Shown: one piece after another, positions 1 through 11,469 of the stretch
Numbering within the stretch: position 1 is the stretch's first letter
How the letters are laid out: each line of letters starts with the position of its first letter
DNA from: Zygnema circumcarinatum SAG 698-1b
Taxonomy: Eukaryota; Plantae; Zygnematophyceae
Assembly: GCA_037447605.1 (NCBI GenBank)
Contig: CM074806.1
Coordinates: 1,860,001-1,924,000, forward strand
DNA length: 64,000 bases
Reading direction: 5' to 3'
Position numbers and translations under genes: made by a program
The notes under the pieces: model-generated
The model's input: only the letters and a program-made list of their open reading frames with translations
The model's database searches: none
What the model was told of the DNA's origin: nothing

Positions 1-3000
1 GGCACACCTTAGAAAGCTTGGAGATGACGGAGTAGGAGAGGGCGGCGAAGAATGATTTGGAAAAGTTATCTGCGTGGACGATGAGGGTGAAGGAAGGCGG
101 GATGCGGGAGCAGAGGCAAGGCGGGGCGACGGAGGAGGCTCTCCCAATGATGATGAGAAGCTGAGGCCAAGTGGAGGTGCCCAAGGAATGTCGAATGAAA
201 AGTCGCCACCTGGAGATGACAGGTCGGAGCCAAGTCTCTGCCAGCCCCCTCCATCATCGGCTGCAGGTCCCCCCGGCCAGCTGCCGCCTCCCTGACTCAC
301 CTCCAGATCCCCTTCAGAATCCCCACCGCGCCTTTCAGGGGCCGACAGCTGGCGCCGCGTCATCTTCCGTACAGTCCTGTCGGTCGCCCCGGGGAGGCTC
401 CGACTGTTTGGAAGAGGAAGGCGCGACCCCCACCCGCTCTCTCTCGCAGGAAGGAGGTTCTTAGGGCTGCCGGGCCCAAGGAGAGGGACGTAGTGTTCCC
501 CAGCTAAAGCTTTTGTTATTGACAAGTAATCGCCATCATATGCTCTCACTTCTGCAAAAGTGTAGTTTGTTGGCCCTTCTTCTGATGAGCTACAGGTCTG
601 CTCTCCTAATTCACTGTCCACTCCAGAAGGACTGCTGCTTCGATCCCTCTTCCTGCGCCCAAATTCAAGGCTACTACAGCTACGACTTCTCCGCAGCTGA
701 GCGGGCTCCCTTCGTGACTCCTCACCTTCGTCCACAGCCATTGTGCTCACCTCGTCGTCTCTCTCAACCTCCTTCACACTGCAAGTGTAGGCTTCCTCTT
801 CAAATTCTTCGCCTTCAAAACGAAGGTTGCTGAAATTCACATCCACGGCTCCACCCCACGACCGTGCTTTTAACCGACTTCTGCGACTCCTCCTCGGCAT
901 TAATCGCTGCATAACTGAAAGGTGCTCTGAGAAGACATCACCATTATCGAGATCCATTTCTGACACATCAGCCATCTCAGAAGTCTCACTTCTGCTATCT
1001 CCCTCATCAGAAATTCTGATAGTTGAAACGACTTGTACTACTGGCTCCATTTCCTGCCTAGCCATGCTATCTTCTTCTGCTTCATTCCAATGCATAGGTT
1101 CTCCAGTCGAAGTCCCCATGTTAGGCATGCTGTTCTGTCTGAAACTTCCATTCGGCACAAACTTTGCTGTTGAATCACTGCCAGCTGTCACAGCCTCTAC
1201 CGGTGCTGCCTCTGCTTCCACAGGCCATTTAGTATCTCCCCCTTCTCTCCGTTGTGCTGGAGGAGGTTTAGGAGGTGAAACGAAGGGGTTACTTCTAGGC
1301 ACGAAGTCAAAGGTGCTATCAGGCTCCTTCAGTGCATCAATGAAGTGTACTCCTTCGCTCCCTTCAAGAATGGGCACCACTGGCCCTGACAACTTCTCAT
1401 ACCGCAGCATCTGCTGCGCAGCAGAATCTGCAGCTGCTCGGAGAAGCTCATTGCTCTTGTGGCCTCTCCAACTGTACAGAGTTCCACCCACCTGCAAATT
1501 AACAGAGCAGAAGGTGATTTAAGAAACTCAACTAGAGTACTCACTTCATAAGACTGCAATCCACAGCTCTAAAAAAGAGAAGGCTTGAGTCTTAAACTAT
1601 TTCAAAGCAGTTTGACATCAACCTTATTCCCCGTGCGCACCATATAACAACCCTGACATAATATTGGTAATCAGACTGTATCAACTGAGGAGGTCAGATG
1701 AGAAGCCGCGGCTCACTTGCAGAATGAAGGCTCCCCTAGGGTCCAGCCCATCCCTTGAAACCTGGGGGAGCGCCTTGGGGACAACATGCAGTGCATCGTA
1801 GGGGGAATGCGGGGCCATTCTGTACAGGCGGACAACAGGAGGTCCGGGCGAGCTCAAACCGAGTATTCTCTTATGCCACTGGAGCAGCTGGCATGCAAAA
1901 CCCATATTAGGGTTGGTTACCCCTCGTGCGGCCTTTACATATCGAAAGGCATCTTCGAAGCTTCGGCCCTGGCAGCAGAGAAACGGGTAACGGCTAGGTC
2001 ATCTATCTGACAAAATGAAGATTTCGTTATCAACTCACAGTGGATTGCAGAATGGCAGTAAAATTATCGGCCATAAATGGTTACTTGGGAGCAGAACAAA
2101 AGAGAGCTAGTATTTCCAATATTGCCATCATATGCCACGATTCAAATATCTCCGCCATGCTTAAGTCCAAAGCCCGTAACTAGACCTAACTGTATACATT
2201 TAAGTCTGGCAGTTAACAAAAGGGCTCCACAGCAACTGGCCGAGGACATTTGGGAGAGAAAGGAGGCACAACTCACCTGCAACCACATTAGATAAGCAAT
2301 GACTAAGGAAGTGGAGCGCGAGACGCCCTGGCAGCAATGGATGAATACACGACCTCGCAACTGCCGCACATCCTCTATGTAGTCGAACACGTCATAGAGT
2401 ACACTGATGATGTCTTCCCCGGGAGTATCCTGCAATGGCCAGAAGCACCTCTATGCTCAGAGTCTCGTTCTGAGGCAAACCTAATAGTGAAGGCCCAACG
2501 GGAAATCTGTCCCTATTGGTTGAAGCAAGCCCCTCACTGGACTCACTAACTCACTTTTTGTGACTGCAATTCGTTCAGAAATTCCAGGCAATGACAAGCT
2601 GACACAATCCACAGGAGTGTACAATGCAGAAAACATAGGTTGACAGTAGCTACAAGCTCGAACTGACACCTTCTCTTGTCAGAAAAGCTATTTCTGATGG
2701 AAAGATTCGGCTTTTGTGTGGCGTAAGGTGGCCACAAAATGGCCCGAGTCCCAAGCACCACTACTTGACAGGGTCGAAAAACTAATCTACGTGCACGTCT
2801 CACAAATGGGCCCTGAGACTATCCTTTACTGGAGCAATTGCTGACAACAGCCGAAATGTGCTCGTGAAAACAAGATACGCATAAGTACACACGCTTTGCG
2901 TCAACCATCAAAGAAGCCACCGTAACCAAACGGTCAGGCGATCTCAAACAGAGCAAAGCCGCATTGCAAAAGGAGAGGATAGGATTGGTCTCAACAGGGA

Positions 3001-3903
3001 AGAAGCTGCAAAGTGTTGAGAAAGGAGATTGGATCGTGTCAGAAACAGCAAAAAACGCACAATGTCCACATGATTGTTCAGATTTTTTCTTCCACGGAAA
3101 GCAATAGGAAAAGAAGTGACCGCCCAGTCACAAAGTCCGCGTACAGAACCTCATTTAATTTTTCAACGGAATGTGTGCGATAGTTCTACCAAAGCGACAC
3201 TCGTCGACAAGGTGGTGGTGGGCCTTACCTGTAGCCATAAGGTCTTGTATGTGAGGATTTCTGGAAAATGCTCACGACAGACAAAACCAACACAGTTGAG
3301 AACGTGGGTGATGCCTGCAGATCGAAGTGTGTCTATGTTTCGGGCGACGACTTCACTACCAAGGTAAACATGATCCAGGACCCGGGAACAGTCTTTCTCG
3401 AAGAATGCAAACTTGTCCCTTCTCAGCTGCAGCTCCGTTGGTTCGGACATATCCCGCGCTCTCTGAACTGCACCGAGGTCAAGTTTGATTTCCGGCAATC
3501 CTGCTCTTCCTCTCCCGCCATGTATCGAACCCCTGTTCCATACAGGCTGTGGGCCATTTCCCTTGCTTGAGCCTTCCCCTTTACTATTTGGCAAGGAGTC
3601 CAGACTCCGTCGATTGATTGAAAGCGATTTCATGGGTCTGTGGATAAGACCATTACTAGGTCTATCTCTGCCCTGTAGCTCCACAGGTGCTGGCACTTTG
3701 CTTGTTCCCGAGTCCGCACTTCTACTTGACTGAGCTACGCTGTGAGATGGACCTGCGCTTCCGTCACCTGCATATCTCCTGTCAAACACTCCTTGCAACG
3801 CGGGCCTATCTAACGCATTCTGCGTCGCCTGCTCCGTCGAAGTGCTGCTTGCTGCGGTGTCCTGGGACCTCAGTGCAGTAAGTTTTGACGAAACTTCCTG
3901 CAT
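1..3903 (-). CDS. MKP1: Plant MKP1-type dual-specificity MAP kinase phosphatase with gelsolin/villin-like domain; 3' end lies outside the window
   Basis: Exons 3903-3229, 2429-2277, 1968-1717 and 1491-<1 are joined by phase-0 GT..AG introns. The spliced protein reads RDKFAFFEKDCSRVLDHVYLGS...LWLQ|DTPGEDI...VFIHCCQGVSRSTSLVIAYLMWLQ|GRSFEDAFRYVKAARGVTNPNMGFACQLL...RMAPHSPYD...LDPRGAFILQ|VGGTLYSW. HCxxGxSRS is the DSP catalytic loop. The last exon, translated by hand, is open to position 1. Confidence 0.93.
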
Positions 3904-4920
3904 GGCCCAATGCTTCGTTGAGCAGAATGAAGAGATTCCGTTGTATATTTAACATCAACACAAGCTCCTTTAACCCAAGTGTTTGCAAGCCTATTAGCAG
4001 CAAACGAAGCAGTTTTCTGTCCGCATGGCCAGGAAAAACAGCCTTTCTCCTGGAAAAATGGCCGTCGGCATGAGGTCCTCAAGCTCCGCCTTCAGAACCT
4101 TGAGCACAACGTGCAAGCACTCTGCGCACCATATCTTCCAGCGATGTTCCTAGAATTGCTGTCCCTCCGCAACAGACTAACGCCAAGGGCTATTGCAGAA
4201 ACCGTCTCAAGTCCTCGCTTACCTGGGGCGAGACGAAGCTGCCGACTGGCATCACCGTCTGTGACATTGTTTCACTGGCCATCACTTCTGCCCTAATGAG
4301 TTCAGCAATGCTGCAAGCGACGCCTGCAAATAGAGCAATGTCTCGATGTCCGGGCCTAGATGCTAATCCCAACACAGCGCCACTGACGCTTTGCATACGT
4401 TGCGGGAGCTACGACGGATAACAACACGCAGCCGTGCCCGCGATGAGCGGCCAAGCCATCATCTCAGCACCGAAGAGTCCGTTCCCCGGGGGGCCGCGCT
4501 AGCGCTCCACACGGGCAGGAGAGGGGGAGGCCTGCTGCAGGCAGGCAAGCAGGCAGGCCCAACAGCGGCCGTCCTGCACGCATGGAGGGAGGGAGGGAGG
4601 AAGGAAATCGGGCCGACCCTGCCACGCCTTTCGAGGGTTAAGGGAGCGCTTGTCCGCCCGCGAGAGCTGCCCGCCTGCTCGCCTGCCTGCTCGCTTACGC
4701 GGCCGCCCGCCCGCCCGCCCGCCTGCGCGCTACGGACAGCCGACCGGGGCGACCGGCCGTCAGCGGCCGGGCGTCGGCCGGCGCCGGTAGGCGCAGCCGT
4801 CAGCGTCGGCCCAACTACTGCCGGCGCCGGCCGAAACCACTCCGCGATTCTCCTGCCCAAGGACCGACCGACCGACCGACAGCGTCAGCGTGCAGCGAGC
4901 GGCAGCGGGCAGTGGGCAGC

Positions 4921-5042
4921 GGGCAGCGGGCAGGGAGCAACAGGTATCGGGCAGCGGGCAGGGAGCAACAGGTATCGGGCAGCGGGCAGGGAGCAACAGG
5001 TATCGGGCAGCGGGCAGGGAGCAACAGGTATCGGGCAGCGGG
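4921..5042. repeat. 28-bp tandem repeat (4.3 copies) inside a GC-rich simple-repeat block
   Basis: Unit GGGCAGCGGGCAGGGAGCAACAGGTATC, four copies plus a partial, no spacers. Surrounded by (GCCC)n, (GACG)n and GCGGGCA runs from about 4680 to 5560. Confidence 0.9.
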
Positions 5043-6015
5043 TAGGGGGCAGTGGTCAGCGGGCAGAGGGCAGGGGGAAACAGGTAACCGGCAGCGGGCA
5101 GCAACGGGCAGCAGCGGGCGGAGGGCAACGGGCAGCGGGCAGCAGCAGACCGGGGGCAGCCCCGCCGAATTTTTTTCGCCGTCGCGGGCCGGCCAACTGC
5201 GGCGCCAGCTGGCAGTGGAGGGCGCGGCGCTCTGTGGGGGCCCCAGGCGCCGTCGCCAGCTGGGCGGGGGGGTGCCGCGCTGTGGGGACGGACGGACGGG
5301 CGGACGGACGGACGGGCGGACGGACGGACGGGGGAGGAACAGAAGGCGACCCGCCCGCCCGCCCGCCCGCCCGCCCGCCCAGTGACCGCGACGCGCGTCG
5401 CCCAAGGCCGTCCGTCCGCACGGCACTGGCCGTGCACGGCGCGCTGCTGACTGGAGAACGGACGGACGGACGGCCTCGGGCAGCGGGGCAGGCAGCCAGG
5501 CACCGACGGGCGCGCCTGGTGCCGAGGGCCCGCCCGGCCGCCCGGCCGCCCGGCGACGGCCGAGCTGACTTCGGCCCGCCCGCCGATTCGCCCCCTCCCC
5601 TCTCGGGGGAGGGTGGCTTTGGGCGCGTACCGTACGGTACGAGTGTACAGTAGGAGTGTTTGTGTGACGGGCCGACATACAGTACAGTACTGTACTGTAC
5701 TGCTCGCCCGGGGTACATCGTACGGTGGATCTGGTGATCGAGAAGGGGCCGATCAACGGCGAAGCTGGATCAAAGGAGCGGTTAGGATCGTGCGGCCACG
5801 TGGATGCTAATCACCACCTACAAGGGATAGAACCGAACAGGTTGACAAAATGGGAAACGAATTTACTTAAATTAGGGGGAGTCAGACTTGGACCAGCGCC
5901 AAATCAATTCAGAAAACCCCCGACCCTAATTCCGCGTTGTACGGCAGCCCAATTCCGCGAAAAGTGGACGTTCGACAGGCTCGGGCGTCACGAATTCCAG
6001 ATAGCAATTATTTTG

Positions 6016-7058
6016 GGAAAATGATACAGCGGCCCCACTTTTTGGATATCGACGCCCCCTTTTGGGAAAAATTGTACTTTTTTTTTTTGGCTAATCATCC
6101 CCCCCCTTGGATCTTTCGGGAGGAGAGATCTTGTAGACAATCGGACCCCGCGCCTCGCGCGCAGGATCCGACCGTGCACCGACGTACGGCGCCGCGCATC
6201 GCGGCGCGGCCCGCGAGATGCGGCGAGCCTACGGAAACGTTGTCCTCACCTGACCCTTTTGGGTCAGAGGTTGCCACGTGGCAGTCTTCCATTGCACAGC
6301 CCTGCTGCCGGTCCCCCATGCCGATACAGTGGACCCCCATAATATTTTCGCCATGGTTTCGGCAAATACTGGGCGAAAATATTGTAATTTGCAAATATAA
6401 GGTCCGTGTTACCAATAGGCGAGCGGTATTATGTTAGAGTTCATGCCTGTTCGTACGTATCGTATCGTATCGTACCGTGATTTAGATACACGAGCTCCTA
6501 TTGGTACCATACGTATACCGTACGACTTAGAGATTTTATTCGTACTTACCGTACAGCGTAAAAGCGTGACCCATGTTTGAAACCCGTTTCGATTAACAGA
6601 TTTTGTATTGGAGAATAGGTCAGGTTAGGTTAACACCCCTAATACGTTAACATTGAGTTACCGTACAAATAGGTGGTTTCGGCAAAATCGGGGCGAATTT
6701 CTTGGGAACGCACTGTACAAGGTGGAAAATATTATGGGGGTCCACTGTATCGGCATGGGGGACCGGCAGCAGGGCTGTGCAATGGAAGACTGCCACGTGG
6801 CAACCTCTGACCCAAAAGGGTCAGGTGAGGACAACGTTTCCGTAGGCTCGCCGCATCTCGCGGGCCGCGCCGCGATGCGCGGCGCCGTACGTCGGTGCAC
6901 GGTCGGATCCTGCGCGCGAGGCGCGGGGTCCGATTGTCTACAAGATCTCTCCTCCCGAAAGATCCAAGGGGGGGGATAATTAGCCAAAAAAAAAAAGTAC
7001 AATTTTTCCCAAAAGGGGGCGCCGATATCCAAAAAGTGGGGCCGCTGTATCATTTTCC
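6016..7058. repeat. Near-perfect 309-bp inverted repeat arms (6016-6324 and 6750-7058)
   Basis: The arms are reverse complements; I saw only about 2 mismatches. They abut the TA dinucleotides flanking the central MITE. Confidence 0.92.
6327..6747. mobile_element. pogo/Tc1-mariner-like MITE, TA TSD
   Basis: TA|CAGTGGACCCCCATAATATTTTC...GAAAATATTATGGGGGTCCACTG|TA. Internal sequence, including (CGATA)n and the AACTCTAACATAAT motif, is shared with the copies at 11058 and 52071. Confidence 0.8.
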
Positions 7059-7826
7059 TTATTTTGCCTCCGTATCTCCGGGCCAAGTCTGACTCCCCCC
7101 TTTTCGGCCCCACGCGCTCCCTCCGCCGCCCGCCGCCCGCCGCCCGCCGCCCGCCGCCCGCCGCCCTCCGTTTTGTCGCCATGCGCGTCACCACCGCGCG
7201 AGCGGCGTCCCGCCGCGGCGCCTCGCGCCCGCCGCCTGCCCGCCTGCTCGCTCTCAGCGAGCTCAGATCAGCTCGGGTTTAGGGTATAGGGCTCCTCCCT
7301 CGCCATCGCCCGAGCCATCCTTGCAGCGGAGTGAGCAGAGCGTCCTCTCGCCTCACCCCAGTGAACGGTGAACGGCGAGCGGTGTGCCGTCGACCACGGC
7401 AAAAGCGCGATCGGTTTTTAGGGACGACGGCGCATTTGATGTAAAATATTTGTGGTTATTTATCTTAGTTGTTTTTTTTTGTTTTTTGAGTTTCTTTCAA
7501 AATTTTGAATACCTTGTATACCATATTTTGTTTTGTGCTGCTGTTTCTGCTGTTGTTGCTGCTGCTGCTGTTGATGCTACTGCAGCTTTTTGTGGTGTTT
7601 CTTTTCCTGCTTTTGCTATTTCTGCTGCTACTGCTGTTGCAGCACCTGCTGCAGCTGTTGATGTTGCTGCTGCTTTCTATGCTGCTGCTTTTTTTGCTCT
7701 TGCTTTTTTTGCTCTTGCTTTTTCTGCTGCTGCTGCTGCCTCTTCTTCTTCTTCTTCTGCTGCCCGTTCCTTTGCCTATGCTTATGTTGTGTATGATTGC
7801 ATGTTATTCCTCCCCCTCCCCATTAT

Positions 7827-7897
7827 GTCGAAGTGGCGGATTGGTTACGCAACTGTTGCAAAACAGTAATAAAGGGGTTCAAATCCTCTCTTCGACT
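7827..7897 (+). pseudogene. tRNA-Cys(GCA)-like sequence with a non-canonical anticodon loop
   Basis: Acceptor stem GTCGAAG/CTTCGAC; D-arm GCG..TTGGTT..CGC; anticodon stem ACTGT/ACAGT around TGCAAA (6 nt, or 8 nt with a 4-bp stem); T-arm AGGGG-TTCAAAT-CCTCT; discriminator T; 71 nt. Confidence 0.6.
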
Positions 7898-9059
7898 TGT
7901 ACGATTTATTCATTCTTCTATTTTTATTCATTTATAGTTTTTGTGTTTGTGCTTTTGCTTTTTCTCTGCCCCTCCCCCCTCTTTGTGCCCTCTCTCTCCC
8001 ATTCTCACTTTTGTTGTTTGTGCATTCCCCCCATCCCTCACCCGCTTCCTCCTCTCTCTTTATGCTGGCCTTGGTGCGTTTGTTTTTTGTTTTTCACTCT
8101 CTTCGCAGCTTGGTGTTTGGAAACTCCATTTGAACGGCTGGTCTGCAGACAGACTGTCTTCCTGTCTGTTAAGATTATTCATATAGACGTCCGTCTAGTT
8201 TGCCACCTGCGACCCTTTCCTTTGCCCATCTCTCCTCATGTTTGTCTCTGTGTGCTCACTTGCTCCCTCCCTCCCACTCTCTCTCCCTCTCACGCTCCAT
8301 TCTCTGTTTTTCCCTGCCTTGTTCTTCCATCTTCCCCCCCCCCCCCCTTTCCTGTCCCCTACCTTCTTATCTCTCTTTCGCTTACCTTGCTGTGTCTTGC
8401 CCTCTCTTTTTTCTGTCACTTCCCTTCATGTTCCACCCCGTGCGTCTCCTTCCCCATCTTAGTATGTGACATCTTAGCATCTTGTGTTCTTTGCCCCTTA
8501 CAGTCTTCTTGTTGTTGTCTCCCTCTTATGCCTTATCCCCGACTCACTCTCGCTCTCCTCGTTAGTGGATCTCAACCCTCTCCAGTCTCTCTTGTTGATC
8601 CTCTTCTTCCCACCCCCGCCCACTTTGTCCCTCCTTTGCCCACACGTCGATCATTCTAATGATATTTTTTGTATTGTTGTTGAATCAATTGCACCTTTAT
8701 CAGCTTGTTTCTCCTAAGTCCGGACGTTTTGGATTTTGAGCACACGCAATTACAAGGGATTCTATAATTGTACTGATGGCATCAAATACAACCCATTGCC
8801 GCACTTGATATGGTTGCTTATACCACCAAGGTTTCCAAAAACCAAAGAAGAGTTTTTCCTGAGTGTGCCGGCATAATTTTGTTAGCAAACTACCTATATA
8901 TGCTCAAAACAAAATATGATGTAAAACGTATTCAAAGTTTTGAAGGAAAAGGCAAAAAGCAATAAAAACAACTAGGAAAAATAACAACAAATATAAGACA
9001 TGAAGCACAAACACAAAAACTATAAATGAATAAAAATGGAAGAATGAATAAACAGTGCA

Positions 9060-9130
9060 GGTCGAAGAGGGGATTTGAACCCCTTTATTACTGTTTTGCA
9101 ACAGTTGCGTAACCAATCCGCCACTTCGAC
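9060..9130 (-). pseudogene. Second tRNA-Cys(GCA)-like copy, inverted relative to the first
   Basis: Reverse complement is near-identical to 7827-7897, with a perfect T-stem (AGGGG/CCCCT) and the same aberrant anticodon loop. Confidence 0.6.
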
Positions 9131-9199
9131 TTAATGGGGAGGGGGAGGAATTATATGCAATCATACACACAACACAAGCATAAGGAACGGGAAGCACAA

Positions 9200-10060
9200 G
9201 GACAGGGCAATGCGGAATGCGGAAGAAGAATGCAGTAGCAAAAAAGAAAATGAATGCTGCAACAGTAGCAGAAAAAGCAGCAGCAGAAAGGACAACAGCA
9301 GCACCAGCACCAGCAGCACAGCAATAGCAGCAGCAGCAGCAACACAGCAACAACAACACAACAATACAACAACAGCAGAAAAAGAAGCAGCAAAAAAAAC
9401 TTCAGAAAAACAAAGCAGTAAAAAAAGCACCAGCAGCACTAGCAGCAACAGAACAACAATAGCAGCAGCAGCAGAGAATGAAGCAACAACAAAAGCAACA
9501 GAAAAAAAAGCAGTAAAAAATCAGCAGCAGCAGCAGCAGCAAAACAACAATAGCAACAGCAGCAGAGAATGAAGCAACAACAAAAGCAACAGAAAAAGAA
9601 GCAGTAAAAAAATCAGCAGCAGCAGCAGCAGCAGAACAACAATAGCAACAGCAACAGGAAAAGAAACAGCAAAAAATGCAACAGAAAAAGAAGCAGTAAA
9701 AAGAGCAGTAGCAGAAAAAGAAGCAAAAGCAGCAGCAGTAGCAGACAAGAAGCAGCAAAAAAAGCAGGAGCACCAGCAGTGGCAGCAGCAGCAGCAAAAA
9801 AAGCAGCAGCAGCAGCAGAAAAGACGGCAGGAGCAACAACAGCAGCAGCAGCAACAGCACAACAATAGCAAAACCAGCTGAAAAAGAAACAGCAGCAGCA
9901 GCAGCAGAAGCAGAGAAAGAAGGAGCACTAAAAGCAGCTGGTGCAGCAGCAGGGGCAGCAGCAGAAAAAGCAGCAGCAGCAGCAGAAAACGAAGCAGCGA
10001 GAAAAGCAGCAGCAGCACCAGGAGCAGCAACAGAAAGAGCAACAAGGGAGACAAGGGAGG
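9200..10060. repeat. CAG/CAA/A-rich low-complexity tract (inverted counterpart at about 7540-7760)
   Basis: Imperfect (CAG)n and (GCA)n runs with an internal ~90-bp duplication near 9475 and 9565. Confidence 0.85.
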
Positions 10061-10692
10061 CATGGGCCAGGCCGAGGGAGGCAGGGCAGAGTGGCACAGG
10101 CGGGGAGAATGTGGGAGAGATAACAGGGCGAGAGTGATAGAGGGAGATAGCAAGAGAGAGAGAAAGGGAGAACAGAGAGGGAGAGACGAGGGAGACAGCA
10201 ACAGAGGGGAATAGAGAGGGAGTACCTCGTCGCCTTGGCGTCTTCGCTCACCGCTCTCCCGTGGTGCTCACAGTTGCCGGAAAGAGGACGCTGGTGCGGG
10301 GGGAAGCGAAACCCTAAACCTGTGCCAGCACTGAAACGCTGCTCTGCGCGGCGGCGGGTCGCGGCGTCCGGGCGGCGGCAGAGAGACGCTCGCACGTGCG
10401 TGACGCGCATGGCGACAAGGCGGGGCACGATTCCTCATCGGCGGAAAGCTGGAATTTCGAAACGGGGGCCTCTGGAGGCCCCCCGTTTCGGAGCGCAGAG
10501 GCCCCCGTTTCGGAGCGCGGAATTCTGAAATTTGGGGGCATTTTTGTAACCTATTCCGCCGTACGGACGTGACAGACAGGTTCGGGGGGAGCCGTGGTTT
10601 TCGACCCGAATTCGGAAATCGAAATCAATACCTTTCCGCGGTCGAAATCTTGCAATTCCGCGGGCGATGGTCAAGGTCTGACTCCCCCTATT

Positions 10693-10888
10693 AGGGGGAG
10701 TCAGTCATTGACCATCGCCAAATCAATTGGGCAAGCCTGTCGGGCGAATTAAGCATTGGCTAGGTACGCATTTCGGTACGGTTGGGTACGGCGGAGATCC
10801 CGACCCGGAATTCGTACACGAAAGAAGTGACTTTTAGTAGAAGGAATTCGGGAATTTAGTACGCGATGGCCAATGTCTGACTCCCCCT
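10693..10888. mobile_element. ~196-bp MITE of the AGGGGGAGTCAG family, TSD ATT
   Basis: ATT|AGGGGGAGTCAGTCATTGACCATCGC...GCGATGGCCAATGTCTGACTCCCCCT|ATT. Homologous to 51722-51921. Confidence 0.85.
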
Positions 10889-11057
10889 ATTCTCAATTCT
10901 CAATCTTCTTTAGAGTTGAACTTTCAACACTCGAGGTCGAAACTTTTTCAATTTCAGAAAGCGAAACGGAAAAAGGAAAAAATTCAAAGACTCAACACGT
11001 TCGGGCGTACGTGTGGATTCCAATTTTCGCCACGTTAGTTCCGTGCGATTCGAGGTA

Positions 11058-11469
11058 CAGTCGGGGGTCCTCGTATTTACCACCCCAAGGAGTGCGCCCT
11101 CAATATTTTCGCCCCAATTTTTTGCCGAAACCACTTTTTTGTACGGTAACTTGTGTTAGCCGTACTGTCCGAACTGTCCGTACTATCTGTACTAGCCGTT
11201 ACGGGCTTACGCAAAACTCACCTAATCTCCCCGCTCGTGCCGCCGTAAGAGGCGCTCGCTCTTCTCCCCGTCTTCTTGACTTCGATACGATACGATGCGA
11301 TACGATACGGTCAATACGATACGAAACTCCCCGATGGTTGGATGACGACAGTATGTACAACAGTATATGCGTCACGATATGTCACGATACGATACGATGC
11401 TAAATGATACAGTACGATACGTACGGTTCAACATGAACTCTAACATAATACCGCCCGTCTATTCGTAAC
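11058..11469. mobile_element. Left part of a pogo-like MITE interrupted by the CRE element (right end at 50921-50954)
   Basis: TA|CAGTCGGGGGTCCTCGTATTTACCACC followed by the family core and (CGATA)n. The TIR matches the reverse complement of 50928-50954 at 24/27 positions. Confidence 0.75.

Larger units (their letters stand above)
5874..10689. mobile_element. 4.8-kb non-autonomous TIR DNA transposon (AGGGGGAGTCAGAC family), 3-bp TSD ATT
   Basis: Left end ATT|AGGGGGAGTCAGACTTGGACCAGCGCC; right end GGCGATGGTCAAGGTCTGACTCCCCCT|ATT. No transposase ORF inside. Confidence 0.7.

Noticed and set aside
827-1522. 231-aa plus-strand ORF
   Set aside because: Antisense shadow of the long MKP1 exon.
4190-4396. 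Upstream coding exon of MKP1
   Set aside because: A good donor (CAG|GTAAGC at 4223) exists, but an in-frame stop lies upstream of ATG 3903. It is more likely a 5' UTR exon and is unsupported without transcripts.
4921-5042. 28-bp repeats as a CRISPR array
   Set aside because: Head-to-tail with no spacers, no cas genes, eukaryotic context.
4391-5756. Long overlapping ORFs (420, 313, 247, 220 aa) in the GC-rich block
   Set aside because: They are open only because of GC-rich simple repeats lacking stops, occur in several frames on both strands, and show no domain motifs.
7827-7897. Functional tRNA-Cys genes
   Set aside because: The anticodon loop is 6 or 8 nt in both copies and position 21 is T, so they are reported as tRNA-like only.
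7505-10201. Poly-Leu/Ala/Cys/Gln ORFs
   Set aside because: Translations of CTG/CAG low-complexity DNA with no evidence of coding.
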